Positions 52,462 through 64,000 of a stretch of DNA of 64,000 bases are shown here, in pieces (the stretch's first letter is position 1; each line of letters opens with the position of its first letter). A program made the position numbers and the translations under genes. This stretch comes from Takakia lepidozioides (Eukaryota > Plantae > Bryophyta), in contig CM060731.1 in NCBI GenBank assembly GCA_030704615.1, forward strand, positions 7,130,001 to 7,194,000, given 5' to 3'. Under the pieces are notes generated by a model. It had not been told where the DNA came from and did no database searches. It saw nothing but the letters and a program-made list of their open reading frames with translations.

Positions 52462-55400
52462 TCCCTAAACGCCCGCCGGCCCAAATTTGGTCGTTTTTTT
52501 TACACACATGGTTCTGCTAGGAGCAGATTTTGGCATTTTTTTTGTTTTTTTTGGGTGGGTGCACTGCGTGTCTGCATCAAGATGGTCCATGCGAGACCGA
52601 TTGCCTAAATTGTCTTGGACGGCCGAGATCTAGGGTTTGGAACAGCAGGGGGTCTGGCTGCCACTGCTCCCGCCTCTCAATCTCTGTTCCCGCGGTTTCT
52701 TCCTTCTCTCGCATGCTGCCTCGCGCGCGTTGCTTGCATGTTGCCGTTGGCGTTGTGATCGTGCTGGAGGTGCTCGTTGTGTGAGATTCTCTTGCAGGGT
52801 ACCATTGCGGTCGGCTTGTCGTCCGCTTGAGCTTGTCGTCTTCCTGAATCCTTGGCACTTCAGGCTTCAAAACTGCTGGCCTTTGTTTGCTTTCATCTTT
52901 TTATTGCCTTGCATTGTTGAGCATTGGGGCTTGGAGTGAGCTTGGTTTGAACAGAGGTCAGTGAGGTGTTATGGCTATATTCAATTCTCCTCCCCCTGCT
53001 CCAAAGTACTTTAGCTAGAGAGGCCCAAACGATAGCTGAATGGGCGAGAGGCCTAGGGGCGAATGAGGAGCAAGTTGCATAGCTTGTAGGGGCCCTCAAC
53101 GAAGACTACTTAGTGTCCATGGAGCGCCCTGCAAGAATCACTTGGCCTGCATGTCCTCTACCTACGAATTTTCTACTTGTGGCGTCGTAAGGCTGCTGAA
53201 GTGCTGGGGTGGGTTGAAAAAAAAGAGGAGGGGCATCCCTCAGGGTTCTCTGCCTCCATCAACGACCTGCTGAGGGAATCTGTGTGGCCTGACTTTGCTA
53301 TGTCTTCTGCAAGTAGCCAAGATGAGGCTCAAAGTGCTGGCAAGGTCACTGGGTAAGTCCATTTCCTCACCTGCAAATGAATTTGAAGGGGAAGCACAAT
53401 GTCAGGAGCAGGAATCACCTTTGAGTCTGTTTGCAGGGGAATCACTTGACCTGCCCCCTGCCTCCTATTCATTGAGGAGCTCTCAAGTTGAGCACCATGA
53501 TTTGGCTGGTCATAGCCAAATCCTTCAAGAATTGGGGGTGGTGGGGCAAACTGTCAAAATTCGATTTGGGGATTTGACTTTGCCCGATGTGGCATCTTCC
53601 TCCACCCCCCCTGTTTGGCTTTATGGCACTGTACTCGAGACTACATGGGACATCGTGGCAGAGGTGGAATTCTGGCTTGTATCATTTTTCTGTGATGTAG
53701 GCGTGCACTCTGTATCCTCCCACCTGTGTGAATTGGTAGATATAGATGCCGCATTGCCTTGTTCAGTGGAAGACATGTTAGGGATGGATGCGTCTGTTAT
53801 GAATTCGGACAATGAGGGGTCAGTTAGTGATGAGTCTGATTCAGATTTCGATCCAGAGTAGGAGGTAAGGACTAATCCTACTGCTGCTGTTGAGCCCGAT
53901 TTATGGGATTTCTGTGTGGACACTGGAGTGCCTACTCATGAGCTTGGTTTGTACAACCTGCCAGAAAATTGGGAAGAGTGGGAAATAGCAGACAGGTTTA
54001 GAGATGACATGTGGAATAGTAATGAATAAACGCTGCCAGAGGTAAGATGGACTGGGGGGGGGGGGGCAAGTGGAGGAAGAATTCCATTGGCAGACGATGC
54101 ACTGCCTGTGGATTTCTTCAACCTGTTTTGGCCAGTTGCTGTCATGCGTAAGATATGCATACAAACCAACTTGTACGTTGTTCAAGTGAACTCTAAAGGT
54201 AAGCGCAAGGGCATGAAAATGTGGTATCCATTGACTGTCAAGGAGCTCAGAGCGTGGTTGGCTGTCCATATCCTCATGGGAATTAAGAAATTGCCTAACA
54301 CTAGGCTACATTGGAAGAGTAACATTGAGTTCTTCAAGTGTGAGACAATTGCAAGAATTATGAGCCGGAACAGGTGGGAGGCAATCATGCGGTGCCTCCA
54401 CCTTGTTGACAATGCCACAGTAGTTGTAGATAGTGGACACCCAGGGTATGATAAACTGGCGAAGACAAGGTGGTTGGTTGATGCACAAAATGCTTTGTAT
54501 GCTGAATTCCACCAGCCTGAGCAGAATCTTTGCATTGACGAGATAATGGTTAAGTACAAGGGCAAGTACTGTAATCTGCAACAGTACATGGCTAAGAAAC
54601 ATGTTAAATGGGGAATCAAGGTATGGTGTCTAGCAAGTGCTAAGAGCCGGTATGTTCATAAGATGAAAGTGTACCTAGGAAAAGAGGAAGGTGTTGATTT
54701 GACTCATGGCATGGGCTACTCGGTAGTTACACGGCTTCTTTCTGATTTTGAAGGTAAAGGGCACATCGTGTCTATGGATAATTTCTTATCTAGTCATGTT
54801 CTGTTTTACGACTTGGCTGCAAAAGGGATCTATGCGACTGGCACAGTGAAGACAATCCGTGTGGGTTATCCATCCTGTTTGGACTTGGGCAAGAAAGGAG
54901 AGAGGGGGAGGCTGCAATGGCGTATGCACATTTCGGGGAAGATAGTGGCATTGGCATGGTTTGATAAGAAGTGTGTGAACCTGCTGTCCACTGCAATCAG
55001 CCCCGTTGATCCCAATTGCTACATTCCCCGTTGGCATAATAAGGCAAGACGCCTTGTGCCCACCTCCCCTATGGTGAAGCACTACCAAGAGCATATGCGA
55101 GGAGTCGATGTACAAGACCAATTACGTGGTTATTACAGTGTACAGACCCGTGACCACAAGTGGTGGCACAGGTTGTACTTCCATTGTGTAGACACCAGTT
55201 TGGTGAATGGGTATATCTTGCACTGGCAATTCATGGTAGCAAGGGGTCGCAAGCCTCTCTCGCATTTGCATTTCAATCTAGATGTGGCTTATGGTTTGTG
55301 TGGTGGGTCGGTTGGTCCCAAGAGAACAGTAATGGCAGGGGCGCGTGTACCAAATCGAGGGGCAATCCACTTCTCCATGAAAAGTAGTCGGAGGAAAAAA

Positions 55401-56586
55401 TGTATCTCATGTGGTGCAAGGCAGCGGTACATCTGCTCTGTGTGTGGAGAAGTCCCCCTATACTTGGGAGCATGCTTTGTGAAGCATCACAGCACTGACT
55501 GATCTATGTGAGCCTTGCTTTACTAACTCCGTGTTTTGTTTGCTGCTGCAGAGATGAGGCAGCTCTTTTGAGGGAGGGGGTACCTTTTTCTTGTTTCTTC
55601 TTATTAGAGGGCATAGGTTGCTGAGTCGCTTGGACAGAGTACAAGTTACATAGAGAGTTGCTTGGATAGACTACCTTGATAGGAGTAGAGTGGGCAGTAG
55701 AATGGCTGACTAGGATATGGAGCTGCTGGTAAGTAGCATGTTTATTGGCTATTATGTTTGTTTTATTGTGATCTGTCAGGAGAGAAATTCAGCACATGAC
55801 ATCATGCTGTCCAATTTTGGGCCTTGTATGTAGCTTGCTGCATTTAGATAGTGTGTTCGGAGTAGCAACCTGTGATGAATATCACTATAGTCCATGTTGT
55901 GTATGGTGGGCAGGGCTGTAATCTTGTTAGTTCGTAGTTGTAATGAGACAGAGTGTGATGGTTAGAAGTAGTTAGTCCCCTCACCAAGCGGGGGTGTAGA
56001 CAAGGGGGGAGACACGCTCCCCCCTTGTTTGCATGTATGGGCTGCCAAAGGGGCAGGTTAGTGGGTTCAAATCCCACCCATGCAATTCATGTGTAGATGT
56101 GGGTGATTTATGGGAAAGAGAGTGAGGACTAGGTGGAGAGCTCACTTGCTGGAAAACAAGAAACTGTGCATAGCTCACAAAAGAGCATTTCATACCCCCT
56201 GCACTTTGACCAAATCCCTGCTTTTGCAAACTGCTCCAATTTAGCTGTTTTTTGGGCTTGTAGGAACCAGCGGGACGTGGGGAACACGTATTCGGGTACA
56301 ACGGGCTGATTTTTTTCCATCCCGACATGCAAAATCCCACAAATCTCCATTTATTTATTTTTTATTTCATAAATTTCCAAAAATGGACCCCACTTGCAAC
56401 GGTGGGGTTTTCGCAATACTTGTCTGATTGGCTCCAAAATTGGGCAGGACCTGCCAGGGGTAGGTGGCTTCATATTGTCTGGTCATTTTTTCAAGATTCA
56501 TTTTTTTTTGAAAAATTACGCTGGTTTTTCTGGCCGGGCCCCGCTTTTTGGTAAAAAGTCCACGGAGGCCTGTGGGCGTTTAGGGG
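52462..56586 (+). mobile_element. piggyBac DNA transposon, full length (4125 bp)
   Basis: TTAA target duplication at 52458-52461 and 56587-56590. Inverted termini (T/C)CCCTAAACGCCCnCnGGCC. An empty-site paralog lies near 51205. Confidence 0.95.
54087..55502 (+). CDS. piggyBac (PGBD4-like) transposase core; upstream N-terminal part interrupted
   Basis: MSRNRWEAIMRCLHL, LCIDEIM, KWGIKVW, MDNF, GVDVQDQL (DDD triad), KWWHRLY, and C-terminal Cys-rich CISC..CSVC..CFVKHH. The acidic N-terminal frame (53295 onward) is broken by a stop at 53859 and a G-run near 54055. Confidence 0.9.
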   Translation: MADDALPVDFFNLFWPVAVMRKICIQTNLYVVQVNSKGKRKGMKMWYPLTVKELRAWLAVHILMGIKKLPNTRLHWKSNIEFFKCETIARIMSRNRWEAIMRCLHLVDNATVVVDSGHPGYDKLAKTRWLVDAQNALYAEFHQPEQNLCIDEIMVKYKGKYCNLQQYMAKKHVKWGIKVWCLASAKSRYVHKMKVYLGKEEGVDLTHGMGYSVVTRLLSDFEGKGHIVSMDNFLSSHVLFYDLAAKGIYATGTVKTIRVGYPSCLDLGKKGERGRLQWRMHISGKIVALAWFDKKCVNLLSTAISPVDPNCYIPRWHNKARRLVPTSPMVKHYQEHMRGVDVQDQLRGYYSVQTRDHKWWHRLYFHCVDTSLVNGYILHWQFMVARGRKPLSHLHFNLDVAYGLCGGSVGPKRTVMAGARVPNRGAIHFSMKSSRRKKCISCGARQRYICSVCGEVPLYLGACFVKHHSTD

Positions 56587-56935
56587 TTAAAGTATATTAG
56601 ATAAGAAACAAATATTATGAAAGAATAACATTTAGGACCTATAAAAATATCATTAAAAAATCCAAACCAATCCCAAAAAAAAAATAGAAATGTGTTTAGG
56701 AGGTTATATAAAAACTTGCAAGTATTACTAACAAAAGGTTTTTCTTAAATCCCAACCACTCTAACAAAATTTATTCATACAAAATTTATTGAAAGTGGTC
56801 CAAATTTGGCTAGAAGAATGAGTAACATTACAATTGAGTAGAACAACTATTTTTTATCCATCATTCAAAGTCATTGAGGTTTAAAACATTACAAGAAAAC
56901 AAGAAAGTTGGAGAGTTGTCTGCATTCATACCATT

Positions 56936-57486
56936 TTAGTTTTCATTATCTTGACGATTTCCTGGTTCCAAATTTGCTCTAGCATTGTCCGCCTCTCGAG
57001 CAGTTATCTTTTTTGTGCTTGCTTTTGTCGTATTTTTTTTCGGTGACATTGTCCACACTACATTGTCAATATGAATCCATTGAGCGGGATCCATTGGGTT
57101 GGACTCCCAATTTTTGGACCAACAATCTTTGTATCTATCTGCATCCGTAGGATTGCCCCCTTTCTTCGGTCTCCACCACTCCACAAGAAGCTTTTTGTAA
57201 TTGCGATCTTCTCTATCTCGTACAAAATCCGATATTGCCATTCCCATCTAAACAGGAAAAGTCTCCGTATCATTTGGACGAACCAGGACAAAGAATCTCT
57301 TCTCAATATCCTTGAATGGATTCAACGGTATTTTCGGAAGGTCACATCTCGGCCCACAATACGGTTCCACAATATCTTCATTATCGGACAATGCGTCTTG
57401 AGACTGTCTATGAACACCGTCTCTCTTGTGGTACTCGACCCATTTTGTTGCTGGCCAAAATCCTTCGATAAGTTCGTCATTTGGCT
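56936..57486 (-). pseudogene. C-terminal fragment of an unclassified, probably TE-encoded protein with a Trp-rich beta domain
   Basis: FFVLVRPNDTETFPV*MGMA..LLVEWWRP..YKDCWSKNW..QWIHIDNVVW. One internal stop; cut at its 5' end by the LTR at 57487. Confidence 0.45.
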
Positions 57487-58560
57487 TGTCGTGCACATAC
57501 ATATTGCTACACAACTACATCGATGTCCACAACCACACAACACATGTGCACACCAAACAAGTGCTAGTCTATCACTAGTCCACCATTAGTGCAGCCACTA
57601 GTCCACCACTAGGCTGTCACTAGCCACCACTAGGCTGTCACTAGCCACCACTTGTGCAGCCACTAGTCCATCATAATGATAAGGAAAGGAAGATACAAGC
57701 ACACAAGCTCTCTCAAACTCACACACTTGCACATGAAAACATCACTCATATATTAAGTCGAGCCAAGTGCACCCCACGCTATGGGGAATCCACACTACGG
57801 CGCCATAGCTAGACGCGGTGAGGCTCAACTCGAGAAAGATGAGCCCACCGCAATCTGCCGTGAAGATAACAACGCCAGGTGCCCAAACATATATTGGCCC
57901 CTAGATTGACACTTGGGTCAATCCCAAATATCAATATATCAAAACTAACTATTTCCTAGCTAGTTTCACACTAGTGGTAAAATAACTTGACAGCTGTCGT
58001 GCGCATACATATCGCTACACATTGTACATCGCTGTGCACAACCACACAACACATGTGCACACCAAACACTAGTCTATCACTAGTCCACCACTAGTGCATC
58101 ACTAGGCTGCCACTAGCCACCACTAGTGCAGCCACTAGTCTATCATTAGGCTGCCACTAGTCCATTACAATCGCCCCCCTAGCGGGCGCTTAGGTCCCTC
58201 TAAGTCCATGTAGCCATAAGATGTGATAGTGGCCATAGCCTCACTAAGTCCTCCACCACTGTCTAGGTACTATACTCAAACTCAATAGATCAAGAGGCCG
58301 AGTACAAGAGTTGCCCCATCGTTAGTCGCTGTCTTGCAACCTGTGAACTTGAGCCTGAGATCTCGGGTATTGACTCCTATGAGCTTGGCCTCCCATGTCT
58401 TGTTAGCTGCCACTAGTCATATCCACTGCCACTATCCCAAGCAGTGTGGACATAACCAATCTCCATCAGGAACCCCCTCAAGAGATGGTGTCAAGCATCC
58501 CATGTGCCAACCTAGTGACGGCACCACGAGCATGCCCATATAGCATGCAACGCAACCCTG
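57487..58560 (-). mobile_element. 3' LTR (57487-58169) with PPT and adjacent internal sequence of an LTR retrotransposon
   Basis: The minus strand reads AGGGGGGCGAT|TGTAATGG...CGACA. There is an internal duplication (57487 vs 57995) and CCACTAG repeats. Confidence 0.65.
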
Positions 58561-58584
58561 CAGGTATGACTGCAAGGTTGAGAT

Positions 58585-61245
58585 CTATCCTAGATGATAT
58601 TCTGATCTATAGTAACAGTCTTGTCGAGCATAGAAACCACCTCAAACAAGTATTACAAGTTCTCCGTGAGAATCAGCTATATGCCAAAGCATCTAAATGT
58701 GAGTTTGGAAAATAAGAAGTAGATTATCTTGGGCATCGCGTGAGTAGGAAGGGAATTGAGGTAATGAGTGAGAAAATAGAAGCTATTCAGCAGTGGATAG
58801 CCCCTGAAGACATTACCCAATTAATGAGTTTTCTTGGCCTTACCGGATTCTACAGACGATTTGTACGGGCATTCTCAAAGATTGCCCAACCATTGACAAA
58901 TCTTTTGGGCAAAGGAATTAGATGGAAGTGGGGTACAGAAGAGGAGTTAGCATTTCAGGCCTTGAAGGATACGTTGCTTCATGCCCCGATCTTGAAATGG
59001 TATGATCTGACAAGACTAATCAAGCTCTCGGTAGATGCGTCAGGCTCAACAGTGGGTGGGGTATTACAACAAGAATGGGAAGACGGATGACACCCAGTAG
59101 CATATTTTTCTCGCAAATTGTTACTTGCGGAACAAAATTACCATACAACCGAACGAGAAGAATTGGCCATTGTTTTGGGTACAAAATATTGGAAGCACTA
59201 TCTTGGAGACACAGAGTTCATAGTGGAGACAAACCATAAACCGTTGGTGTACTTGGAGACACAAAAAGATCTATCGAAGAGATAGATTCGTTGGGCGGAG
59301 TGACAACAACAATTTAATATGAAGATCGTCTATGTGGAGGGAAAACGGCAATTGGCGGATGCAATGACAAGGATGCCGCGCATGAACACATTGACAGAAA
59401 TCAACATTCAACCCGATTGGTGGAACAAGATAACGACGGCTTCTAAAGATGATGGGGAGATCGTGGACGCTAAAAAGAAGGGCAAAGTGACAGAAGTTCG
59501 AGGGTTGGTATTCAAGGAAGATAAACTTTGGATCCCTGATGAACCTGCATTGAAGACAGAAGTCTTGTTTGAAGCTCATGATACGGCGATAGCAGGACAT
59601 GTTGGAGTTGAAAAAACATTTGAATAACTAAAACGAACATTTTATTGGCCGCGGATGCGAGACGAGGTGGAGGCGTACGTTCGAAGTTGCATGAAATGTC
59701 AACAAAACAAGTCAACAAACCGCAAGCCAGTAGGTCTTTTACAACCATTACCAGTACCAAACAGACATTGAGAACATATGAGCATGGAGTTACCTCAAAC
59801 CTCATCGAGATACGACACTATAGTGGTCTTTGTAGACAAATTGAGTAAGATGATACACATCCGTCCCATTAGAAAGTCCGTCACTGCACCTGAACTAGCT
59901 CGACTATATCTGGAAGCGGTCTATTCTCATCATGGGCTATCTAAAGTTCTCATTACTGACAGGGGTACCCAATTTACTAGCTTGTTTTGAAAAAGCTTAT
60001 TTGGTCTTTTTAAAACCAAATTAGATATGTCAACAGCCTATCATCCGGAGTCAGATGGATAGACAGAGCGAGCGAATCGTACAATTGAAGACATGTTGCG
60101 GGCCTTTACGTTAGAAAAACAAGAAGAGTGAGATTGGTTATTACCATTGGTAGAATTTTCATACAATAACTCGGTCAACGTGTCAACGAAAGAAAATCCT
60201 TTCTTTTTGATGTATGATGAACATCCAAATGTGTCAACAACTCTTACGAAGTTCAAGTTACCAAAAGAGGAGTTATCCAAGGTAGCCGCGACTAACGCAT
60301 TTGTGCAACAAATTCGACGGGGAGTACGTCAAGCTAAAGAGAAGCTGATGGTTGCCCAAAATCGCCAAAAGCAGTATGCAAATGCACGTCGATGGGATGA
60401 GGAGTTTGCAGTTGGGGATCAAGTGTGGTTGTCTACAACCAATTTACACATCATTGGATCGCGAAAACTAGGGGCACGGTTCATTGGTCATTTTTCGATC
60501 ATTAAACGCATTGGAGCAGTAGCATACAAGCTGGAGTTACCACCACATATGAAAATCCACCCGGTGATTCACGTTTCTCTACTACGTCGTTAAGAACCTC
60601 GACCATCAATATTTAAAGATAATCAAGAACCACAACCTTTACCAGAGTTGATAGATGGAAATGAAGAGTGGGAGATTGACCGTGTTCTGAAAAAACGCAC
60701 ATACAAACGAGGGCGACATGATGTGTTGGAGTATTTGGTTTTATGGAAATGATTTCCATTATATGAAGCTACCTGGGAACCGGTGCAAAATCTCGCAAAT
60801 GCTCAATTGGCAATTCAAGCTTTTGAAAATTCGAACAACGAGGACGTTGCTTCTTGAAAGAGGGGAGGATTGTAACAAGGTAGAATCTAGAAGGTTCTAG
60901 ATGGAGGAGGAAAGTTCCCTAGAAGTTTCTAGAATAATTAGGAATGATCCTAAGAAGTTTGACTTAAGGAAGTTTGATTTGAGGCCCTCAAGTCAACCCT
61001 ATAAGATATTCATATTATGGAGAGTAGGTCAAATTTTTGATAAAGTTATATTATAGAGAATATGTCAAATCTATGAAGGTTGACTTTAGGAAGCTTTGAC
61101 TTGAGGCTCTCAAGTCAAACCTTTAAAATAATCATATTGTGAAGGGTATATAAACCAGCAATGAAAGCCTAGAAGACATCGAGTTGTTTTGGGAAAAAAT
61201 TGAGAAGTACTTCTATTCTAGTTTGTGTAGATCTTGGGTGTTACA
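58585..61245 (+). mobile_element. Degenerate chromovirus (Ty3/gypsy): RT - RNaseH - integrase - chromodomain, PPT and 3' LTR
   Basis: [51 protein letters not shown], chromodomain WEIDRVL..EYLVLWK..ATWEP. PPT GAAAGAGGGGAGGA. LTR 60871-61245 runs TGTAACA...TGTTACA. Confidence 0.92.
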
Positions 61246-62400
61246 CCTACGACGGATGGCCAAACGGAAAGAGTGAATTCCGTGGTGAAGCAGATCTTGC
61301 GGAATTATGTGTCGACAGACCAATCAGACTGGGTGGAGCACTTGGATGCGGCAGAGTTCTGTTATAATAACACAAAATAAGAGTTTTCCCTTTCGTATTG
61401 GTCTGTGGAAAAACACCTCTGGTGCTGACAAGTTGGGCCGCCCAGGATGTTGAGGAACCGGCAGCAGCAGCGGTACTGGAAGAACGCGAGCGTTTGTTGG
61501 AGCTCGCAAAGTACAACATTGCCAAAGCTAGGAAACGGTATGAACGGCATGCGAATCGGAAGCGGAGGGAAGTTAAGTTTGAGGCAGGCACGGAGGTCTA
61601 GTTGAACATCAAGAATTTTCGACTACCTCCGGAAGTGAGTCCGAAGTTCGTACCTCCGTATGCGGAGCCATTTCGCATCCGAAAGGTTATGAATGAAGAT
61701 GTGTATGAATTGGAGCTGCCGGCAAACAACAAGGTGCATCCGATATTCCACGTCTCCCTTTTGAAGCCTTACTTCAAAGATGAAGCGCGTCCGAATTGGC
61801 ATCAAGTGTTGCGTCCGCCACCTGTGCTATTGGATCATGAAAATGAACCTGAGTACGAGGTAGAGGCAGTGCTTAAGTCGAGGAGGTTCAAGAATCGAGA
61901 AACGGAGTATCTTGTGAAATGGAAGGGCTATCATCAAGTGGAGACAACTTGGGTGCGTGCCTCAGAAATGGAAAACGCATCCGAGGCGGTTGCAGTTTTC
62001 GAAGGGCGACCTCAAAAGCGGAAGAAGTGTTGATGGGGACATCAACCTTGGATCGTGGGAGAGGAAATGCGTGCTTAGTCTGGCTTAGCTAGCTCAGGAA
62101 TCCGATTGCAAAAACATGTGTTGCACAAATTTTGTTTATAAATGAAATGGTTTCCAAATGTTGTGCTTCCTATTTTGTTTGGAATGGTGATGCATAGTAT
62201 GGTTGGCTAGTGTGTAGAATGCATGTTAGCTTACAAAAGTGGGAGAGATAAATTGGATTAATCGTGTGTTTGCGCAGTGCCGAAATCGGGTAACACTGAC
62301 ATTAGATGAGTGAAAGTGAGACTAGACCTCCAGCCAGCCGGCTTTCCCACATCAAATTGAAGGGGATCTGTAGATGATAGATACTGGCTGTTGCCTTCTC
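61246..62400 (+). mobile_element. Second chromovirus: integrase C-terminus, chromodomain, PPT and start of LTR
   Basis: [57 protein letters not shown], then TG at about 62068. Confidence 0.85.
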
Positions 62401-62699
62401 AATGTCTTTTCCAATCACCTCTGCAATGAACTGGAGTACATGCTGTCGACCCATCCAAAGGGCAAGGAAACTTGCGCCTTCTTTGGGAGTTCACGTGCTA
62501 GTGCACATCTGGCACGTGCGCGTACTCCAACTGCGCTACCGCGGGGGTTGTCTTCGGATTAACGCGGAAGCTACGTGCTTCCGTTCACGTACTATAATCA
62601 TGTAACCTCGGGACGAAATCGTAGTGCGGCTTCGGCGTGTTCCCGTACCTCAGGCCAGCATTCCAAGGTGGACCTAATTGTAGTGATTGGGGCGCGCGG

Positions 62700-64000
62700 T
62701 TAGTTCAAGGTTATCTTCCTAGTCAAAAAGGGGTTCAAGGTGAACCCCTGCTCAAGGTGATGCCAAAAGCGGCATCATGAGCGGTCGCAAGCAATGTTGT
62801 TGCAGTAAGGCGATTCGATCCTCGGGGAGGATCGTTCCTTGGCCTTGAAGTGGGCCAAGAAGAGTGCACTGGGTAGAGCTTGAGAAGCTCCACCCTTGGC
62901 TGGGACTTAAAGGAAGTCGGCCAAACTAGCTAGTGAAGAGTAGAGTCAAGTGGGGGTTTGGTTCTTTGCCATGAGACGCCATGGTATGGAAATAAACTCC
63001 TTGACGTGGGACGCCACAACCTGGATGTACAAGTCGATGAGGACATCGACTCTATGTTGGTAGGGGTGTGTGTCGCGGCCCTTTGCCTTGAGGGCGGGGG
63101 GTCGGGACACAAGAGGGGCTGCCCTTGTGGTGGGGGCAGTGGCAACAATAGGTACGGGGGTTGAAGCATCCTTGAGTGCCCAAGGCACTCAAGGAGGCAG
63201 AGACACTCACTAGGTGGAGCCCCGCACACCGGGTTGCGGTGGGGGTGGTTCCACGAGGGGTGGTGGTAGCTTAGTGGGTCTTAGTGGGGGTAGCATAGGA
63301 CTCACCATGGGGCGGAGACCTTGAGGTGGGAGTCGTGGGGAGTCTGGGGACTTATCACGGTCCAATGGGGCTGTGGTGGGTGGGCCAAGACTCACCGTGA
63401 CTCATCACCGGGAATGGAGGGTCTTCGTGGTGGTTCGCCATAAAATGACTGGGTTGTTTGTGAAACCCCTGCGGCAGTCACAGAAGTATATATAGGGAGT
63501 AGTAACCCCGAGAACGGTACAAGCCCGTTGGTGACCAAAAACTAGTGAATAAGCGTGCGAGCCGGAAAGCGACCAAGGTGTGGGGAGCTGTTCCGGACTG
63601 CCAACAACCAAAAGGAATTTCCACTAGGCCCAAATTGAGCGAGGGTCTGGTGGAGGAGTAGAGGGGGACCGTTATGTCCCGGTGAGCAGCCGAAGCTCCG
63701 AGTTGGCCCGGCGGCCAGTTTGGGAGTTAGGCGCGCGTATCAAAGCGAGTAACTATGACTTGAAGGGGAGCTTACCGAAGTGAGGTACGCGACTTCCCAT
63801 CAGCTTGATACAGGTAGTAGATAAATAAAGATTATTGATTGATCGATATAAAAAATTTATTTGCTCAACCAAATCACATCTTATTCACATTGTCTTAATA
63901 AAGAGGTCCAAAAGAAGAAGTAGATGCTCAAGAGAGAATACTCACCTCATTGGACTCATCTCGAACTCGTTTCCAATTAATCTCTGGAGGTAGTACACGG
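62700..64000 (-). mobile_element. Probable 5' end (LTR, PBS, gag) of another LTR retrotransposon
   Basis: The minus strand has TGTATCAAGCT (degenerate tRNA-Met PBS) at about 63802-63812, followed by Pro-rich gag-like frames. Confidence 0.4.

Overview
Eukaryotic land-plant genomic DNA, most likely non-flowering (bryophyte-, lycophyte- or fern-like): GT-AG spliceosomal introns, and a flavodiiron-protein exon fragment, a family absent from angiosperms. The only apparently intact host gene is a CCR/SNL6-like short-chain reductase (1-2342, minus, runs off the left edge). The rest is mostly decayed and nested transposons and pseudogenes. These include an intron-containing IS3EU-like DDE element with an inverted deletion derivative, a LINE, tRNA-derived SINEs, Mutator-like (GCM/MULE/SWIM) transposase pieces, a piggyBac with TTAA target duplication, several Ty3/gypsy elements, and aldo-keto reductase, F-box, PPR and Ig+SGNH pseudogenes. 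Two different DNA methyltransferases sit in the mobile region. (1) A multi-exon gene combines a ParB/Srx-like domain with a beta-class amino (N4C/N6A) methyltransferase. It has two further diverged partial paralogs, each next to Mutator-like transposase sequence, and its introns carry about 20 copies of a 24-bp palindrome. (2) A Ty3/gypsy pol carries a DNMT3-like C5-cytosine methyltransferase between protease and RT. Both are pseudogenised here. All calls come from manual motif reading; no searches were run.
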